Assembly (NCBI GenBank): GCA_048938005.1 | Contig: JBHLMQ010000056.1 | Location: 1 to 20,211 of the forward strand | Direction: 5' to 3' | DNA: 20,211 nt | Origin: Promethearchaeota archaeon | Lineage (GTDB): Archaea > Asgardarchaeota > Lokiarchaeia > Sigyniarchaeales > SOKP01 | In this document: positions 16,514 to 20,211 of the stretch, piece by piece | Layout of the letters: every line of letters starts with the position of its first letter | Position numbering within the stretch: position 1 is the stretch's first letter | The notes under the pieces: generated by a model | Told to the model about the DNA's origin: nothing | What the model saw: only the letters and a program-made list of their open reading frames with translations | The model's database searches: none | Position numbers and translations under genes: made by a program

Positions 16514-18304
16514 ATGACTGAAAAAGAAATTTCATGGGATTTAACAGAAATATTTTCAAGCCCGAATGATCCAAAACTATTTAAAACAATGGAAAACCTA
16601 ATGAAAAGAGCTGAAGAATTAGTAAAAAAATATAAAGGAAAAATAAATTTACCAAATTTTATTGCTCAAAATTTGCTTGAATTATTTCAAGAAACAGAAG
16701 AATTATGGTCTACTGTTGAGGAATTAGAGGTATTTTCAGAAAATTCGTTTAATGCGAACATGACCCTTCCTGAAACCCAATCTCTAAATAATAAATTTCA
16801 AGAGTTTGAAACTGATATTTCAAAAAAATTAGCATTTATCGAATTAGAAGTTGGAAAATATGTCTATGAGAATGAAAAAATAATTTCAAATCCAATATTA
16901 GCAAATTACAAACATTTATTAAAGAAGATTCGAAGAGAATTTCCTCACAAATTATCTGAAATTGAAGAACAGTTAATTTTGGAAAAAGATCAATTTGGTG
17001 TGAAGGCATGGAGTCAATTGCAAGCTACTTGGTTAAATACAAGAAAATTTAAGGTACTGGTTGAAGGAGAAGAAAAAGAACTTTCTTATGGTGAAGCTGA
17101 TAGCTTAATTAAACATCCAGACAGAGCCACAAGAATTTCAGCAAATAAATCTATTTATGGTCTATTAGGGAAAGATGAAGATATTTTCTCATCCGCCTTG
17201 CGAAATATTTGTGGAAATTGGGTAAAAAATTCTAAACGGAGAAAATTTAATAACCCAATGCACGCTAGTTTTATAGCTAATGACACAAATCAAGAAATTA
17301 TTGACAATCTAATGAAAACAATAGAACTAAATGCTAATGTATATCAAAGATATTTGAAAATAAAAGCAGACATTTTAAATTTGTCTAAATTAACCTGCGC
17401 AGATGTTCGTGCTCCATTACCAGGTTTAACAGAAAAACAATATGGTTGGGATAAAACTAAAGAATTGATATTAGAAGCGTATAGTAAATTTGATAGTACT
17501 TTTGAAGGATATGTGAAGGATATGTTTAAGAGAAATCATATTGATGCTAGCATAAGAATAGGTAAAAGAAATGGTGCCTATTGTTCTCCTTGGTTTAGTG
17601 GTAAATCAGCTTACATTTTATTATCCTTTACTGGAAAAATGAATGAAATTTATAGTCTCGCACACGAATTTGGACATGCTATACATAGTTATTTATCATC
17701 TGAAGAACAAACGTACTTTAATTATCATCCAGGGGCTTCAGTTGCTGAAACTGCGTCTATATTTGGGGAATTGCTTATGACTGACCTTTTATTAAGTAAG
17801 GCTGAATTAAAAGAAGAAAAAATAGCAATTTTGGCTCATGTATTAGATGAAGCGGGTCAAGCAGCATTTCAAGTAAGTGCGCGAGTATGGTTTGAACAAA
17901 GTTTGTATGATGCTATAGAAAAGGGCGAAAATCTTAATGGAAAAACAATTTCAAAATATTGGTGCGCGGGAAGAGATAAAATATATGGAGATTCAGTTGA
18001 ATGGTTTGATGAATTAATATGGGAATGGACGATGAAATCTCATTATTATATGCCAAATTTTCGATTCTATAATTATCCTTATGTATATGCTCAGTTATTC
18101 GTCTATGCCTTGTATCAAGTTTATAAGAAAGAAGGAAAAGATTTTGTTCCAAAATTTAAAAAATTATTAAGAGAAGGGGGGAGCTTATCTCCTGAGGAAT
18201 TAGCCAAAATTGTTGGGTTGGATATAACAAAACCTGATTTCTGGAAACTCGGGATTAAACAATATGAAGATTTTGTAAATCAGTTAGAAAAATTAACAAA
18301 ATAA
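16514..18304 (+). CDS. pepF: Oligoendopeptidase F (peptidase M3B)
   Basis: N-terminal WDL, GKRNGAYC, zinc motif HEFGH, AETAS third ligand, HYY...FYNYPY. Confidence 0.93.
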   Translation: MTEKEISWDLTEIFSSPNDPKLFKTMENLMKRAEELVKKYKGKINLPNFIAQNLLELFQETEELWSTVEELEVFSENSFNANMTLPETQSLNNKFQEFETDISKKLAFIELEVGKYVYENEKIISNPILANYKHLLKKIRREFPHKLSEIEEQLILEKDQFGVKAWSQLQATWLNTRKFKVLVEGEEKELSYGEADSLIKHPDRATRISANKSIYGLLGKDEDIFSSALRNICGNWVKNSKRRKFNNPMHASFIANDTNQEIIDNLMKTIELNANVYQRYLKIKADILNLSKLTCADVRAPLPGLTEKQYGWDKTKELILEAYSKFDSTFEGYVKDMFKRNHIDASIRIGKRNGAYCSPWFSGKSAYILLSFTGKMNEIYSLAHEFGHAIHSYLSSEEQTYFNYHPGASVAETASIFGELLMTDLLLSKAELKEEKIAILAHVLDEAGQAAFQVSARVWFEQSLYDAIEKGENLNGKTISKYWCAGRDKIYGDSVEWFDELIWEWTMKSHYYMPNFRFYNYPYVYAQLFVYALYQVYKKEGKDFVPKFKKLLREGGSLSPEELAKIVGLDITKPDFWKLGIKQYEDFVNQLEKLTK

Positions 18305-18504
18305 TTATTATAAAAATTAATTATTTTTTTAGATTCAAATCAATAAGTTATTAATCTTTTGAAATCTAAAGGTATTTCTAATTATTTAATCAGCAACAAT
18401 AGTTTTATTAAATTTATTTATAATTACCTGATTAAATTTCTTTCTTTACTAACTCAAAATCGAGAAATTCTTGAGATTTCGTCATTTTCATCATCTACCT
18501 TTTT

Positions 18505-18822
18505 TTATTCATAGATATGGAGAGGATTAAATTTTGGTCCATGTGTTTGAATACCATTAATTCTCATATTATAATCACAATTCCACTTATAGTTTGTATT
18601 TTCTTTTAGTTCTATATCACTAGCTTTTTCAATAATAGATTCAATAGATCTTAATTCTCTTTTCATTAGTTCCATTGGTATTATACTTGAATTACAATTC
18701 CATTTGTATATTTTATGCTTCTTCTCAAAGATTTTACCAAAAACAATCGTATTGTTTTCACAATCATGACAAATAAACCTCCCATAAGAATATTCTGCTT
18801 CACAAACAGGACATTTTATCAA
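18505..18822 (-). CDS. Small Cys/His-rich protein homologous to the N-terminal domain of the Lrp at 4078
   Basis: CPVCEAEYSYGRFICHDCE..FGKIF..KWNC with a second YKWNC. TTG start preceded by GAGGT. Confidence 0.8.
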   Translation of the reverse strand: MIKCPVCEAEYSYGRFICHDCENNTIVFGKIFEKKHKIYKWNCNSSIIPMELMKRELRSIESIIEKASDIELKENTNYKWNCDYNMRINGIQTHGPKFNPLHIYE

Positions 18823-18892
18823 TTTTACTTGACCTCATACCCATATTTTTATTATTTCATTTTAATTAAATATAAATTTTCTTAGAAATTTC

Positions 18893-19105
18893 TCATACAG
18901 CTTCATATTGTCGCGGTTTTCTGTCGTAATGCACCTTTAATTTTCCTGGCATGGTATTTTTGATTCTTTTTATTACTTTACATAAACCATTGGGACTACC
19001 ATAACCCATTGCTAATGACCACTCTGCAGCGGAAGAAATTCCAATTTCCTTTAATTTATCCAAACATATTTGCTCATATGTTCGATATACTTTTTGTAAA
19101 GTCAT
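18893..19105 (-). CDS. Small basic winged-helix-like protein
   Basis: 70 aa: helix (EQICLDKLKEIG), SAAEWSLAMG turn, helix (GLCKVIKRI), beta wing (KLKVHYDRKPRQYEAV). Confidence 0.65.
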   Translation of the reverse strand: MTLQKVYRTYEQICLDKLKEIGISSAAEWSLAMGYGSPNGLCKVIKRIKNTMPGKLKVHYDRKPRQYEAV

Positions 19106-19184
19106 ATTATTTCCTTTTCCTAGTTATGCATTTATTTTTTAAATATTAACCTCCATGTTTAATTGAAACATTTTTTAATAAAAG

Positions 19185-19199
19185 CGGGAAATATATCCC
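19185..19199. promoter_or_regulatory. GGGA-N6-TCCC palindrome upstream of the wHTH / Cys-His gene pair
   Basis: CGGGAAATATATCCC. Confidence 0.5.
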
Positions 19200-19350
19200 A
19201 TTTTACTTTATAATAATTTTATTTCTAGTTGTATTTATATTTTAGGGTAAAAAATTAAACGTTTTTGTATTTTTTTATTAATAATTTAAAAGGTTGGACA
19301 AATTCTTATAAGAATTATATAAAAGAAATATAATTAATTATAGATTTTAT

Positions 19351-19363
19351 TGAAAAATGTTCA
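19351..19363. promoter_or_regulatory. YGAA-N5-TTCR palindrome upstream of the wHTH / Cys-His gene pair
   Basis: TGAAAAATGTTCA. Confidence 0.4.
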
Positions 19364-19537
19364 CTAGATTCTTATCTTGTATAAATACTTTGCGGAAGCG
19401 ACCTAAACAAATTTTAAAAATGACTTCCCATAATATGTATCTTTAATCGAATAAAATAACATATTAGGGTAAGAAAAAATATGTTTTTTGTTTTGATCCA
19501 TTAATAAACATAAAGATAAGAAAAAAAAATTATGGAT

Positions 19538-20211
19538 TTATTTGTAATCAATTCTCAGACTTTTTCGTCTTCTCCATAGAACAAGAAATGTTATTATTCC
19601 GATTAAAGGCAATACCAGTAAAATTTCAAATGCGGGAATTACTCCTGGCCCTCCGGAAGGCGAGAACATATTCGTTTTCGTTAAATCCAAAGTATAAAAT
19701 CCTGCAAACCATTGAAAAGTTCCATTAATGAGCAGTCCAGTAGTCTTTTCATACCAAGCAAGAGTAGCATACCAATCATCTTGCAAAATCCATACATTTA
19801 TATTCCCGAATCCAGGATAATTTACTAATGTTTCACCGGTGACAGTATAAGGATGATCACCAATATCACCAACTGCAATTGAAGTAGAATTTCCTATCGA
19901 CACATTTGTAAATATCCATAGTGGTGTATGAGCTCCATTACTAAATGCGCCGCTAGAACTTGAAATAAGTCGAGTTTGTGTATCTTCAAGCCAAGAAGCG
20001 ATAATACCACCACCTTGATCCCTCCATGTAACATTATAAAGAGTACCCGAATCATAGCTATATGTGAAACTTGAATAACTGGCAACCATTCCAGTTCCAG
20101 TATAATTAGCATACAATCCATTAAAAATGTGAGCTTGAGAAGTTTTTAAGTTGTTCTGCGCTCCAAGGCTATATGATGCGAAAGTTAAGAATATAGAACT
20201 ACATAATAAAG
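19538..20211 (-). CDS. Secreted/surface protein with C-terminal Loki-CTERM/PGF-CTERM-like anchor; 5' end lies beyond the window
   Basis: Frame stays open from 20116 to the edge (LLCSSIFLTFASYSLGAQNNLKTSQAHIFNG, signal-peptide-like). S/T/G/Y/W-rich beta body with N-x-S/T sequons. C-terminal GGPGVIPAF + TM helix + RRRK. Confidence 0.85.
   Translation of the reverse strand, partial: LLCSSIFLTFASYSLGAQNNLKTSQAHIFNGLYANYTGTGMVASYSSFTYSYDSGTLYNVTWRDQGGGIIASWLEDTQTRLISSSSGAFSNGAHTPLWIFTNVSIGNSTSIAVGDIGDHPYTVTGETLVNYPGFGNINVWILQDDWYATLAWYEKTTGLLINGTFQWFAGFYTLDLTKTNMFSPSGGPGVIPAFEILLVLPLIGIITFLVLWRRRKSLRIDYK

Noticed and set aside
837-18152. Short track ORFs lying within larger genes (837, 2407, 3280, 4893, 7020, 8429, 9538, 9627, 10151, 11007, 15334, 15913, 17934)
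   Set aside because: Antisense or out-of-frame shadows of well-supported CDSs, with no recognisable motifs.
18893-19105. Z-DNA-binding Zalpha domain
   Set aside because: Similar size and layout, but the NxxLY recognition residues and wing Trp are absent.
19894-20121. 75-aa alternative-frame ORF
   Set aside because: Overlaps the surface-protein CDS in another frame; no support.
1-20211. CRISPR array, tRNA/rRNA, IS element or prophage
   Set aside because: No regularly spaced long repeats, no GC-rich structured RNA segment, and no transposase, integrase or viral ORF seen.

Overview
AT-rich window, most likely from an Asgard archaeon of the Lokiarchaeia type. This is inferred from a longin-domain protein, a RING finger, a Loki/PGF-CTERM-like surface protein and AGGTGA ribosome-binding sites. 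The left end carries a small cluster of eukaryotic-signature-like genes (C4C4 RING, SRPBCC/START-like, longin) and an ArsB/SLC13-type permease. The centre (about 3.9-14.5 kb) looks like a coherent amino-acid/redox module. It holds two Lrp/AsnC paralogs with an identical recognition helix, one fused to an unusual Cys/His domain and one to a phospho-receiver domain. These flank a Cph1-type membrane histidine kinase and an Rcp1-type regulator. Next come two glutamate dehydrogenases and an NfnAB-type flavoenzyme whose large subunit is fused to an FpoF/FrhB-like F420-binding module. A 13-bp palindrome YGAA-N5-TTCR recurs upstream of these genes, with the same 30/31/90-bp phasing and TATA position at two promoters. 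The right end has guaA, pepF, a stand-alone copy of the Cys/His domain, a small winged-helix protein and a truncated surface protein. No rRNA, tRNA, CRISPR array or mobile element was recognised. All calls are by-eye motif recognition, with no database searches.
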